Under the pieces are notes generated by a model, which was not told where the DNA came from, made no database searches, and saw nothing but the letters and a program-made list of their open reading frames with translations. From NCBI GenBank assembly GCA_041648475.1, contig JBAZOV010000006.1:29503-61502 (forward strand): 32,000 nucleotides of DNA, written 5' to 3'. This DNA is from Candidatus Methanoperedens sp. (GTDB taxonomy: Archaea > Halobacteriota > Methanosarcinia > Methanosarcinales > Methanoperedenaceae). Every line of letters begins with the position of its first letter. Position 1 is the stretch's first letter. Shown in pieces: positions 9,702 through 19,273 of this stretch. The translations under genes were made by a program, and so were the position numbers.

Positions 9702-11528
9702 TTGATTGAGGCTGTAAAAGAAATAGGAGAATACTCACTTGAAAAGGATGGAAGACGATTAGAAGACCCGACAGATATCGTCATCGAAGATCCAGATAGT
9801 AATGGCACTTATAAACATATTCTTGGTATTAGAGTTAATAAAAATGAAAATGGTTTTGGATATGCTGGTATTGAATTAGAAGAATATAGCAAAAGCAAGG
9901 TAAAGCAATATCTGTATAAACAAGGTGCTTCCAGAGGAACAGATTTAACCCCCACAGGGAGGGTTACTGAGATTGATAAGACATTTACGAATAAAATACT
10001 TCTTTGGTTTACGAATATTACCAAGGAAAATAATGATGAAATTGAATTTCTAAAAGGATTAAATGATTGTATAAAATCTAATAAAGAAGCAATTTTATCA
10101 GATTTAAAGATTAAATATAATAGTCTTGATAAAAAGGATCAAAGTATAATAACTTTGCTCATTTATTCTCCCGTTAAAAAGTATATCGGAGACTTCCCGG
10201 TTTTTAGGAGAATTTTACTTGAAAAGACTTTGAAAGATTATTATAAAAAATATGGAACGGAATCCAAATCTACTAATAGAGTTTGTTCAGTTTGTAGAAA
10301 AAAGTCCGAAGAGGTATATGGTTTTGTCGGAACTTATGAATTCTATACTGTTGATAAGCCTGGATTTGTTAGCGGTGGATTCGATCAATCATTAGCATGG
10401 AAAAATTACCCTGTATGTTTAAAATGCGCGTTAACATTAGAAGAAGGAAAAAAATACATTCATGAAAAATCAAGCTTTAGATTTTATGGGTTCGATTATT
10501 ATGTTATTCCAAAACTCTTCAATGAAAATAAAAGAAATGACATTTTTAGAATTTTAGAGGATTTTAAAGACAAAGATCCAAAGTTTGAACATAAGTATAT
10601 TCGCCTTTTAGATGCTAATGAGGATGACATTCTAAGCATCCTTGCAGAAAAAGAAAATTTTTTCAATAATAATCTAATAATTTATCAAAAAGATAACTCT
10701 GCGTTCCGGATTTTACTATATATAGAAGATATTTTGCCTTCTCGATTAAAGAAACTTTTCCAAGCTAAAAAAAAGGTTGATAATATATCAATTTTCAGTA
10801 GCTATAATGATGGCAAATCGATTGAATTTAACTTTGGAAATATTTATTCTTTCTTTTCCAGACGTAATAAAGAAAATAGAGAACAGGATTTAAGCACATA
10901 TTTCCTTGAAATTACAAATAAAATTTTTACAAATAAGAAAATTGATTATTCATTTTTAATGAGGGGAATAATTAAGAAAATTCGAAGAGAATTTCAAGAT
11001 AAAAAATCAACACAAGATCTCACTTTAAAAGGTTTTCAACTTCTTATTTATTTAAATGAATTAAAACTTCTTGGCAATTTTAATGGAGGAAAAAATATGA
11101 CTGAAAAGAGCATCACAAACCTACTGCAAGGAACAAATTTACAATTAGAAGAGAAAGTAAATATCTTGTTTAACGAATTTCCCGATTTCTTTAATAAAGA
11201 TTCGAAAAAAGCAATATTCTTAGAAGGTGTATTGACGCAATACTTATTGAATATTCAATATATTGATCGAGAAGCTACACCATTTAGAGTAAAACTTCAG
11301 GGATTGAAATTAGATGAAAAACATATTAAAAAATTGTTGCCCGAAATTCAAAACAAACTTGAAGAATATGGGAAAAATTATTATAAAAATTTGGAATTTT
11401 TAATTGGGAAATATATGGTTCAGTCAGGAGAAGGGTGGAAAATGTCTAACGATGAAATCAGCTTTTATTTTGTACTGGGTATGAATCTCTCAAATTTATT
11501 TAAATCATCAACGGAGGAAACAACATGA
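9702..11528 (+). CDS. cas8b: Type I-B large subunit Cas8b (TM1802/Csh1-like)
   Basis: 608 aa starting at TTG. Zn-ribbon 'CSVCRKK...(x)...CLKCA' is typical of Cas8b. First gene of a cas8b-cas7-cas5-cas3 string. Confidence 0.85.
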   Translation: MIEAVKEIGEYSLEKDGRRLEDPTDIVIEDPDSNGTYKHILGIRVNKNENGFGYAGIELEEYSKSKVKQYLYKQGASRGTDLTPTGRVTEIDKTFTNKILLWFTNITKENNDEIEFLKGLNDCIKSNKEAILSDLKIKYNSLDKKDQSIITLLIYSPVKKYIGDFPVFRRILLEKTLKDYYKKYGTESKSTNRVCSVCRKKSEEVYGFVGTYEFYTVDKPGFVSGGFDQSLAWKNYPVCLKCALTLEEGKKYIHEKSSFRFYGFDYYVIPKLFNENKRNDIFRILEDFKDKDPKFEHKYIRLLDANEDDILSILAEKENFFNNNLIIYQKDNSAFRILLYIEDILPSRLKKLFQAKKKVDNISIFSSYNDGKSIEFNFGNIYSFFSRRNKENREQDLSTYFLEITNKIFTNKKIDYSFLMRGIIKKIRREFQDKKSTQDLTLKGFQLLIYLNELKLLGNFNGGKNMTEKSITNLLQGTNLQLEEKVNILFNEFPDFFNKDSKKAIFLEGVLTQYLLNIQYIDREATPFRVKLQGLKLDEKHIKKLLPEIQNKLEEYGKNYYKNLEFLIGKYMVQSGEGWKMSNDEISFYFVLGMNLSNLFKSSTEETT

Positions 11529-12568
11529 GCAATATAATTACAAATAGGTCGGAACTTGTTTTTTTGTACGATGTGAAAGATGCAAATCCAAATGGAGACC
11601 CTTTGGATGAAAATAAACCAAGAATTGATGAAGAAACAGGCATCAATCTAGTAACAGATGTAAGGCTTAAGAGAACTATCCGGGACTATTTATACAATTT
11701 TAAGAAACAAGATATATTTGTACGAGAGATATCCGATGAAGAAGGCCACATTCAGGATGCAAAACAAAGAGCATCAGACTTTTTAAAACATATTCCATCA
11801 GCTGAACGAGAGGGCAAAACACTTCAGCAACAAAAAGAGATTGCTACCTCTGAAATTCTAAAACAGTGTATAGACGTGAGACTTTTCGGAGCAACAATTC
11901 CGTTGGAATTGAAAGTTAAAAAAGGAAAAAAGACCGAAAAGCCTAAAGAAGATATCATTGAACAAACTGAAAGTAAAGAACAGACAAGTTCTTTGACTTT
12001 TACAGGACCGGTTCAATTCAAGATAGGTAGATCACTCCATAAAGTATTTAATAAACACTTTAAAGGTACTGGTGCATTTGCTTCAGGAAAGGATAAGGAA
12101 CGAAAGACATTTCGGGAAGAAGATTTTCTGCCATATTCATTAATCAATTTTTATGGAATAATAAATGAAAACGCTGCAAAACATACTAAACTAACTGATG
12201 ATGATGTTAAGCTTCTTCTAGATGGTATCTGGAATGGTACAAAAAATTTAATATCAAGATCAAAAGTGGGTCAGGTTCCGAGGTTGCTTATAAAAGTGAA
12301 TTACAAAGAGAATAATTACCACATTGGTGACCTCAATAGTATGATTTCATTGATAAAAGAAGTTCCTGATGAAGAGTTGAGAGACATCTCTCAAGTTAAG
12401 ATAAATCTTACAAAAATAATCGATGTACTAAAAAACAAAAAGGATTTAATTCAAAATGTTGAATATCAAATTGATGACAGAGTAAGATTTGAATTAGAAA
12501 GTAAAGAAATCACGATTAATGAAGCCTTGAAAACCACTGGAATTCCAGCGCTGCAGTTATCATTGTAG
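11525..12568 (+). CDS. cas7: Type I-B Cas7 (Csh2 family)
   Basis: 347 aa. N-terminus 'LVFLYDVKDANPNGDPLDENKPRID' and 'DVRLFG' are hallmark Cas7/Csh2 motifs. GGAGGA SD; 4-nt overlap with cas8b. Confidence 0.9.
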   Translation: MSNIITNRSELVFLYDVKDANPNGDPLDENKPRIDEETGINLVTDVRLKRTIRDYLYNFKKQDIFVREISDEEGHIQDAKQRASDFLKHIPSAEREGKTLQQQKEIATSEILKQCIDVRLFGATIPLELKVKKGKKTEKPKEDIIEQTESKEQTSSLTFTGPVQFKIGRSLHKVFNKHFKGTGAFASGKDKERKTFREEDFLPYSLINFYGIINENAAKHTKLTDDDVKLLLDGIWNGTKNLISRSKVGQVPRLLIKVNYKENNYHIGDLNSMISLIKEVPDEELRDISQVKINLTKIIDVLKNKKDLIQNVEYQIDDRVRFELESKEITINEALKTTGIPALQLSL

Positions 12569-12573
12569 GGTAT

Positions 12574-13296
12574 ATGGATAAAATATTGGTATTCGATGTT
12601 TGGGGTGAGTATGCACATTTTAGAAAATACTATACTACAACATCGCCTCTTTCTTTTTCAATTCCACCAAGAACAGCAATTAGTGGGCTTATAGGGGCTA
12701 TCTTAGGTCTTCCAAAAGATGAATATTTGAAATATTTCTCAAAACAACAGGCACAGATTGCAGTTAGAATTCTGAATCCAATTAAAAAGGTCAGATTAGC
12801 TGAAAATCTGATTAACACAAAAGATGATTGTTTCATTCCAATCAAAAAAGGCGCCCACAGCCCTCGAACACAAATAAGGTTCGAATTTGTGAAAGATGCA
12901 AAATATAGAATATATTTCTATCATACAGATCCAAATATATTTAACAACGCAAAATCTATGCTTTTGCATCATAAATGCGTCTATACTCCATGTTTAGGAA
13001 TCACCGAACATATAGCTAATTTTGAATTCATTGGAGAAAAAGCGATTAGAGAAAAATCATCTACTGAGTTTATAAAATTGGATTCTGCTCTCCCTACTGA
13101 CTCGATCAAAGAAATCAAATTGGAAGATGGAGAATATTTTTCTGAAACCATTCCAACGGAAATGGAACTGGATAGATCATTAAAGGAATACAGAAAAGTT
13201 ATGTTTGAAAGAAACGGTGTTCAAGGAAAAGGAATAACAGCAAAAGTTGATAGATATTGGGAATTGGAAACTAATGAATCAATCATCTTTCTTTAA
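12574..13296 (+). CDS. cas5: Type I-B Cas5
   Basis: 240 aa with the Cas5 N-terminal motif 'VWGEYAHFRKYYTTTSPLSFSIPPRTAISGLIGAILG'. Confidence 0.85.
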   Translation: MDKILVFDVWGEYAHFRKYYTTTSPLSFSIPPRTAISGLIGAILGLPKDEYLKYFSKQQAQIAVRILNPIKKVRLAENLINTKDDCFIPIKKGAHSPRTQIRFEFVKDAKYRIYFYHTDPNIFNNAKSMLLHHKCVYTPCLGITEHIANFEFIGEKAIREKSSTEFIKLDSALPTDSIKEIKLEDGEYFSETIPTEMELDRSLKEYRKVMFERNGVQGKGITAKVDRYWELETNESIIFL

Positions 13297-15682
13297 TCTA
13301 AAATCCCATCCGGATAAATTTTTAATTGTTCACCTTAGAAATGTGGGTTTATTTTGTAAAAATACTATACAATCCAAGAAAATCAACTCGAATATTTTCA
13401 ATTTAAACGATGAAATCTTGGCCGATTTTTCATTTATAACAGGGGTTTCACATGATTTTGGAAAAGGAACAATTAATTTTCAAAATTACATAAATGAAAA
13501 AGACGAAAAACGAAAAAGTTCGCTTAAAAATAATCCTGAAACAAGACATGGACTACTTTCTTCGTTATTTACTTACTTTGTTATAAAAGAATCTCTTAAA
13601 GATTTAAAATTAGAATTTTTACCGATGTTAGGTTATTTTGCAGTAAAAAAACATCATGGAAACTTAGGAGATGTAACAGATGAAATCTTAGACTTAGATG
13701 ATAAAAATGTAGAAATCTTAAACCGGCAAATTAATTCTTTGTGTTTAGAAGAACTCAAACTGATTTATTTGGAATTATTACCAAATATTGATATAATTAA
13801 ATTTATTAATACCTATAAAAGCATTATCAAAGAAATCAAAAGCAACAGAAGAACTTTTTCTGATCATCTGCAAAATGAGAAATCCATCCAAGGGGATGCG
13901 CCTGGATTACAATATTATCTTTTGACACAACTTTTTTATTCTATTCTTTTAAATTCCGATAAATTAGATGCTTCGGGTATTCAAGAAATTGACCGTAATA
14001 ATGCGATTCCTATAGATTTGGTTGATAATTATCGAATAATCAAAGGCTATGATAAACCAAAAAGTAAAATGGATATTATTCGAAATGAGATTTATTCAGA
14101 TGTCATAGGAGAATTAAAAAATTTAAGTTTAGATAATAATATTTATTCCTTGAATGTTCCGACTGGAACAGGAAAAACACTTACTGCATTATCTTTTTCT
14201 TTAAAACTGAGGGATAGGATTAAAAATGAAAGACATTTCATGCCTAAAATCATATATTCACTTCCTTTTTTAAGTATTATAGATCAAAATTTCGAAGTTT
14301 TTGAAGATGTTTTTAAAAAAGTTCAGGGATATACTCCAACAACCGATATTTTATTGAAGCATCACCATTTATCTGATATTTTTTATGAAACTAATGAAAA
14401 TGTTGAATACGATACTTCTGAAAGTTTGTTACTAATTGAGGGCTGGAACTCTGAAATAATTGTAACTACTTTTATACAACTCTTCCACTCTTTAATTTCA
14501 AATAAAAATAGGTCGTTAAGAAAATTTCATAACATTATAAATTCAATTGTTATTCTTGACGAGGTTCAATCAATTCCTCATGAATATTGGCTTTTATTCA
14601 AAGAAGTTATCTCATTATTTTCAAAATGCTTCAACACTTATTTTATTTTTGTAACTGCGACGCAGCCATTGATTTTTGATGAAAGCAAGAAAGAAATTGT
14701 TGAACTTGTAAAAAATAAAAAATATTATTTTGATAAATTTGATAGAATTGAATTAATACCAAACCTTCAACCTTTGCTTCTCAATAATTTTAAAGAACTC
14801 ATAAGAAGGGATGTTGAAGAAAATAAAGATAATAATTTTCTTATTGTACTTAATACAATAAATTCTTCAAAAAGTGTCTATCAATATTTAGAATCATTAA
14901 AAATTGCAGGCACAAAATTATATTATCTTTCCACAAACATCACTCCTTGCCAGCGTCTTGATAGAATAAACGATATAAGAAATAATAAAGCACGAAAAAT
15001 AATTGTTAGCACTCAACTTATTGAAGCTGGAGTGGATATTGACGTTGATACTGTTTATCGTGACTTTTCAACGATGGATTCAATAAACCAAGTTTCTGGA
15101 AGATGCAATCGAAATTATTCAGAGGGGAAGAAAGGGCTGGTAAAATTATTTATTCTGAAAGATGAAAATAAAGAATATTATAGGTATATCTATTCACCTT
15201 TTCTGATCGATAAAACTAAAGAAGTCCTCAAAGAAGTTCCTGAAAGAATAAGTGAAAATTACTTTTTAACCTTAAGCAATAAATATTTTAAAAAAATCAA
15301 AGACAGTGGAAGTGATGACGCATCTAATAAGATCCTTTCATTTGTTCAAAAATTAGAATTTGAACAGCTATATAAAAATTTTAAACTTATACAAGATGAC
15401 TACTATAAAATCGATGTATTTATCGAATTGGACTATTTTGCTAAAGCTGTATGGAATCAATATAAGGCAATAAAAGAACTAAAAAATCCACTTGAGAGAA
15501 AAAATGAATTCTTAAAAATAAAAAAAGATTTCTATGAATACGTAATTTCAATCCCCAAAGATAAGGCACCTAAGCCTGAGAATGAAACTGGGATAGCCTA
15601 TGTTTCAATGGAAGAATTAAAATATAGGTATGATTTAGAAACTGGATTCATACCAGGGTCAGGAGGAACCTTACTGTTTTAA
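13247..15682 (+). CDS. cas3: Cas3 HD nuclease-helicase fusion
   Basis: HD motifs 'VSHDFGKGT', 'KKHHGNLGD', 'NSDKLDAS'. Helicase motifs 'NVPTGTGKT', 'VILDEVQ', 'QVSGRCNR'. The real start may be ATG 13274 (MNQSSFF...) rather than TTG 13247. Confidence 0.92.
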   Translation: MIDIGNWKLMNQSSFFNLKSHPDKFLIVHLRNVGLFCKNTIQSKKINSNIFNLNDEILADFSFITGVSHDFGKGTINFQNYINEKDEKRKSSLKNNPETRHGLLSSLFTYFVIKESLKDLKLEFLPMLGYFAVKKHHGNLGDVTDEILDLDDKNVEILNRQINSLCLEELKLIYLELLPNIDIIKFINTYKSIIKEIKSNRRTFSDHLQNEKSIQGDAPGLQYYLLTQLFYSILLNSDKLDASGIQEIDRNNAIPIDLVDNYRIIKGYDKPKSKMDIIRNEIYSDVIGELKNLSLDNNIYSLNVPTGTGKTLTALSFSLKLRDRIKNERHFMPKIIYSLPFLSIIDQNFEVFEDVFKKVQGYTPTTDILLKHHHLSDIFYETNENVEYDTSESLLLIEGWNSEIIVTTFIQLFHSLISNKNRSLRKFHNIINSIVILDEVQSIPHEYWLLFKEVISLFSKCFNTYFIFVTATQPLIFDESKKEIVELVKNKKYYFDKFDRIELIPNLQPLLLNNFKELIRRDVEENKDNNFLIVLNTINSSKSVYQYLESLKIAGTKLYYLSTNITPCQRLDRINDIRNNKARKIIVSTQLIEAGVDIDVDTVYRDFSTMDSINQVSGRCNRNYSEGKKGLVKLFILKDENKEYYRYIYSPFLIDKTKEVLKEVPERISENYFLTLSNKYFKKIKDSGSDDASNKILSFVQKLEFEQLYKNFKLIQDDYYKIDVFIELDYFAKAVWNQYKAIKELKNPLERKNEFLKIKKDFYEYVISIPKDKAPKPENETGIAYVSMEELKYRYDLETGFIPGSGGTLLF

Positions 15683-15812
15683 TTATGATTTTCCACATCT
15701 TCACCCCCGCCCCCTCTCCTCGCTTCCCCCAGGTGCGGTGCATGCGGACAGGCGGCGCAAAGAGCATACGGAGAAAACATATGATCAGGCAAACTTACCA
15801 ACGATTTAATAA

Positions 15813-15842
15813 ATCTGCGTTCATCTGCGTTTATCTGCGGTT
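15813..15842. repeat. Three phased 10-bp tandem units ATCTGCG(ttc/ttt/gtt)
   Basis: Read directly: atctgcgttc atctgcgttt atctgcggtt. The reverse-complement motif CGCAGAT also occurs twice at 2839-2845 and 2858-2864. Confidence 0.7.
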
Positions 15843-15984
15843 TGTTTTAGTCTATATTTTACCGCCATATTTCGCAAACAAACCCGCGCCTGCAAGCGAT
15901 AGCGCCGGATTTTTAACACAGTTAAATGATATATTTTTAAAAATAAACTATGCGAGGAAATATGGAATATAATACTAACCTCCA

Positions 15985-16074
15985 TAGTTTGAATAGAACA
16001 CGGATGACGCGGATCGCGCGGATTTTCGCGGATCCGTGCGCATCCGTGTCATCCGTGCAATCCGCGTTCTATCG
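15985..16074. repeat. Structured CGGAT-rich palindromic element, copy B, downstream of cas3
   Basis: Four [A/G]CGGAT units on the + strand are followed by three inverted ATCCG[T/C]G units. The outer arms are ATAGAAC (15993-15999) and GTTCTAT (16066-16072). Its first 30 nt match 9352-9381 at 29 of 30 positions. Confidence 0.7.
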
Positions 16075-16198
16075 TACGATTTCTCACCTTTTTTTATACA
16101 CCAAAGTTAACAAAACTGATAACTATGGTGCATTAAAATATAAAAATGAAATCCCAGGACAGATTTACAAACAACCATTGATTACCAGAAAACCCCGC

Positions 16199-16249
16199 CA
16201 ACGGCGGCGCACATCCGGGGTCTGGGGGTCGCAACCCCCAGCGCCGTTG
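16199..16249. other. Nested GC-rich hairpin
   Basis: Outer stem CAACGGCG (16199-16206) pairs with CGCCGTTG (16242-16249). Inner stem CTGGGGG (16222-16228) pairs with CCCCCAG (16235-16241) around the loop TCGCAA. Confidence 0.55.
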
Positions 16250-16300
16250 TTGAAGCAGATAAAGAGTGAAAATGTATAAAATAGAAATAAATAGCCATTC

Positions 16301-16308
16301 TTTAAATA
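16301..16308 (+). promoter_or_regulatory. Candidate TATA box (TTTAAATA) for the MNT-HEPN-cas6 operon
   Basis: An AT-rich box lies about 24 nt upstream of ATG 16329/16332. This would give a leaderless or near-leaderless mRNA, which is common in archaea. Confidence 0.3.
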
Positions 16309-16328
16309 ATTATAAATCAGAAGGAATA

Positions 16329-16775
16329 ATGATGAAAAATCAAATTGTTCATGTGCCAAAAATGAACGACCAAAATAAATCGAAAATAGACCTCAACGAA
16401 GTGATCCTTAAACTCAAGAGTTCCAGACTGGTTCACTCCATCATCCTTTTTGGATCAAAGGCAAGAGAAACTGAGAAAGAAAATAGCGATATAGACATAT
16501 GTGTCATTCCAAAACCTGACGTTGAAATTACACTCAAAGAGAGAATATCCATTAACAATTCTGTTCCGGAGAATATCGATATTTCATTCATAGATGAATT
16601 ACCAGTCTATATTCGTAAAAGGATTTTTCTCGAAGGGAAGGTCCTATACACGCAGGACATGTATCATGTACTAACACTTTCAAAGATCAATGACCTGGAA
16701 TATGAACGGTATAAAAGGCTCACCGGGGAGTACCATAAGCATGTAATGGAACGCATTAGAGCCAGATTGAGGTGA
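16329..16775 (+). CDS. Minimal nucleotidyltransferase (MNT), partner of HEPN
   Basis: NTase motif 'LFGSKARETEKENSDIDICV' (GS...DxD). The ORF track start 16266 adds 21 poorly protein-like residues, so I prefer ATG 16329 behind the TATA-like box. Confidence 0.8.
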   Translation: MMKNQIVHVPKMNDQNKSKIDLNEVILKLKSSRLVHSIILFGSKARETEKENSDIDICVIPKPDVEITLKERISINNSVPENIDISFIDELPVYIRKRIFLEGKVLYTQDMYHVLTLSKINDLEYERYKRLTGEYHKHVMERIRARLR

Positions 16776-16780
16776 TAATT

Positions 16781-17203
16781 ATGGATAATGATAGATTATT
16801 GGAAAAGATAGATGAAATGGAAAACTATCTGAGGGAACTTGAGGAATATCTTCCAGAACAAGAAGAAGATTATCTGAATAATGGTCTCAGGAAACGAGCA
16901 TGTGAACGTGCTTTCCAGCTGTCATGTGAGAATTTGCTTGATATATGCAATTTGATCATATCCGAGAAAGGATTTGGAATGCCGTCTGATAGTAAAGATA
17001 GTGTCAGGAAGCTTGCAGAAAATAAAATATTACCAGCGCCACTTTCAACAAGGCTTGAAGAACTTGTCGGATTTCGAAATCTTCTTGTTCATCAATATGG
17101 CCGTGTGGATGATTCGAGGTCATATTCTTTTCTAAACATGGAATTGAAGGATTTTTATGAATTTATAGAAATCATTGACAGGTACATAGAAACTAAAATA
17201 TGA
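16781..17203 (+). CDS. HEPN-domain protein (DUF86 family), toxin of the HEPN-MNT pair
   Basis: Rx4-6H motif 'FRNLLVHQY'. ATG 16781 is preceded by GGTGA (16771-16775), which overlaps the MNT stop codon. The ORF track alternative is GTG 16772. Confidence 0.85.
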   Translation: MDNDRLLEKIDEMENYLRELEEYLPEQEEDYLNNGLRKRACERAFQLSCENLLDICNLIISEKGFGMPSDSKDSVRKLAENKILPAPLSTRLEELVGFRNLLVHQYGRVDDSRSYSFLNMELKDFYEFIEIIDRYIETKI

Positions 17204-17865
17204 ACCTCAAAACCTTCACCCTCACCTTTGCCTCCAATCGTCCCATAGAAGGCACATCAACACAGCTTCGCGGCTTCTTCGCCACGAAATTCAACGAATA
17301 CACCCTTCTCCACCAGCACAACGCCGATAAATTCATTTACAGCTATCCTCTGGTACAATACAAAATGATAAACGGCGCGCCCATGGTCATCGGCATCAAT
17401 GACGGTGCCGAGGTTTTAAAACAAGTTTATGATAAATACGAAGAGATAAAACTTGGGGACGAAGTTTATGAAATCGTTGAAAGGGGCATTTCCGTAAAGA
17501 ACCAGGAATTCGGGCTCTCAGATAAGATATATTCCTATGAGTTCGCTACTCCATGGCTTGCTCTTAACCAGGAGAACTATATGAAATATTATGGTTTGAA
17601 GGATGGCGGGGAAAGGCTTGAGTTCCTGAGAAAAACACTAACTGGAAATTTGCTGTCCATGTCGAAATCACTGGAATACATGGTTCCCGATAAAATAAAA
17701 TGCGATGTACAGGTAAATATCAGGAAACGCAGATTGAAAGACGTGAACGTAATGACCTTTATCGGAGGATTCCAGGCAAACTTCATAATACCAGATTATC
17801 TCGGTTTGGGGAAATCGGTTTCAAGAGGTTTTGGCGCAGTTGTCATGAAAAATGATCTGAAATGA
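17200..17865 (+). CDS. cas6: Cas6 crRNA endoribonuclease (Cas6b-like), copy 1
   Basis: 221 aa with 'LRGFFATKF', 'LLHQH', 'YPLVQYK' and the C-terminal Gly-rich loop 'GLGKSVSRGFGAV'. ATGA overlap with the HEPN stop codon. Confidence 0.85.
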   Translation: MNLKTFTLTFASNRPIEGTSTQLRGFFATKFNEYTLLHQHNADKFIYSYPLVQYKMINGAPMVIGINDGAEVLKQVYDKYEEIKLGDEVYEIVERGISVKNQEFGLSDKIYSYEFATPWLALNQENYMKYYGLKDGGERLEFLRKTLTGNLLSMSKSLEYMVPDKIKCDVQVNIRKRRLKDVNVMTFIGGFQANFIIPDYLGLGKSVSRGFGAVVMKNDLK

Positions 17866-17950
17866 ACTTTAATAATATATACTAAAGCTGACAAATATGA
17901 TAACTCATGATAAAATGAAACAATATTATCAAAATAAAAGTGGCTGATCA

Positions 17951-19263
<1,313 letters not shown>

Positions 19264-19273
19264 GGATTGGACT

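Noticed and set aside
9235-9738. 167-aa minus-strand ORF (and the 69-aa plus-strand ORF at 9419-9628) between hicB and cas8b.
   Set aside because: It lies entirely in the hairpin- and repeat-rich non-coding element. The peptide is low-complexity, His/Arg/Phe-rich and not protein-like, and there is no start context.
15685-16279. ORFs 15685-15972 (95 aa) and 15950-16279 (109 aa) after cas3.
   Set aside because: They span the pyrimidine tract, the phased ATCTGCG repeats, the CGGAT palindrome and the GC hairpin. The basic, low-complexity translations are most simply explained as non-coding repeats.
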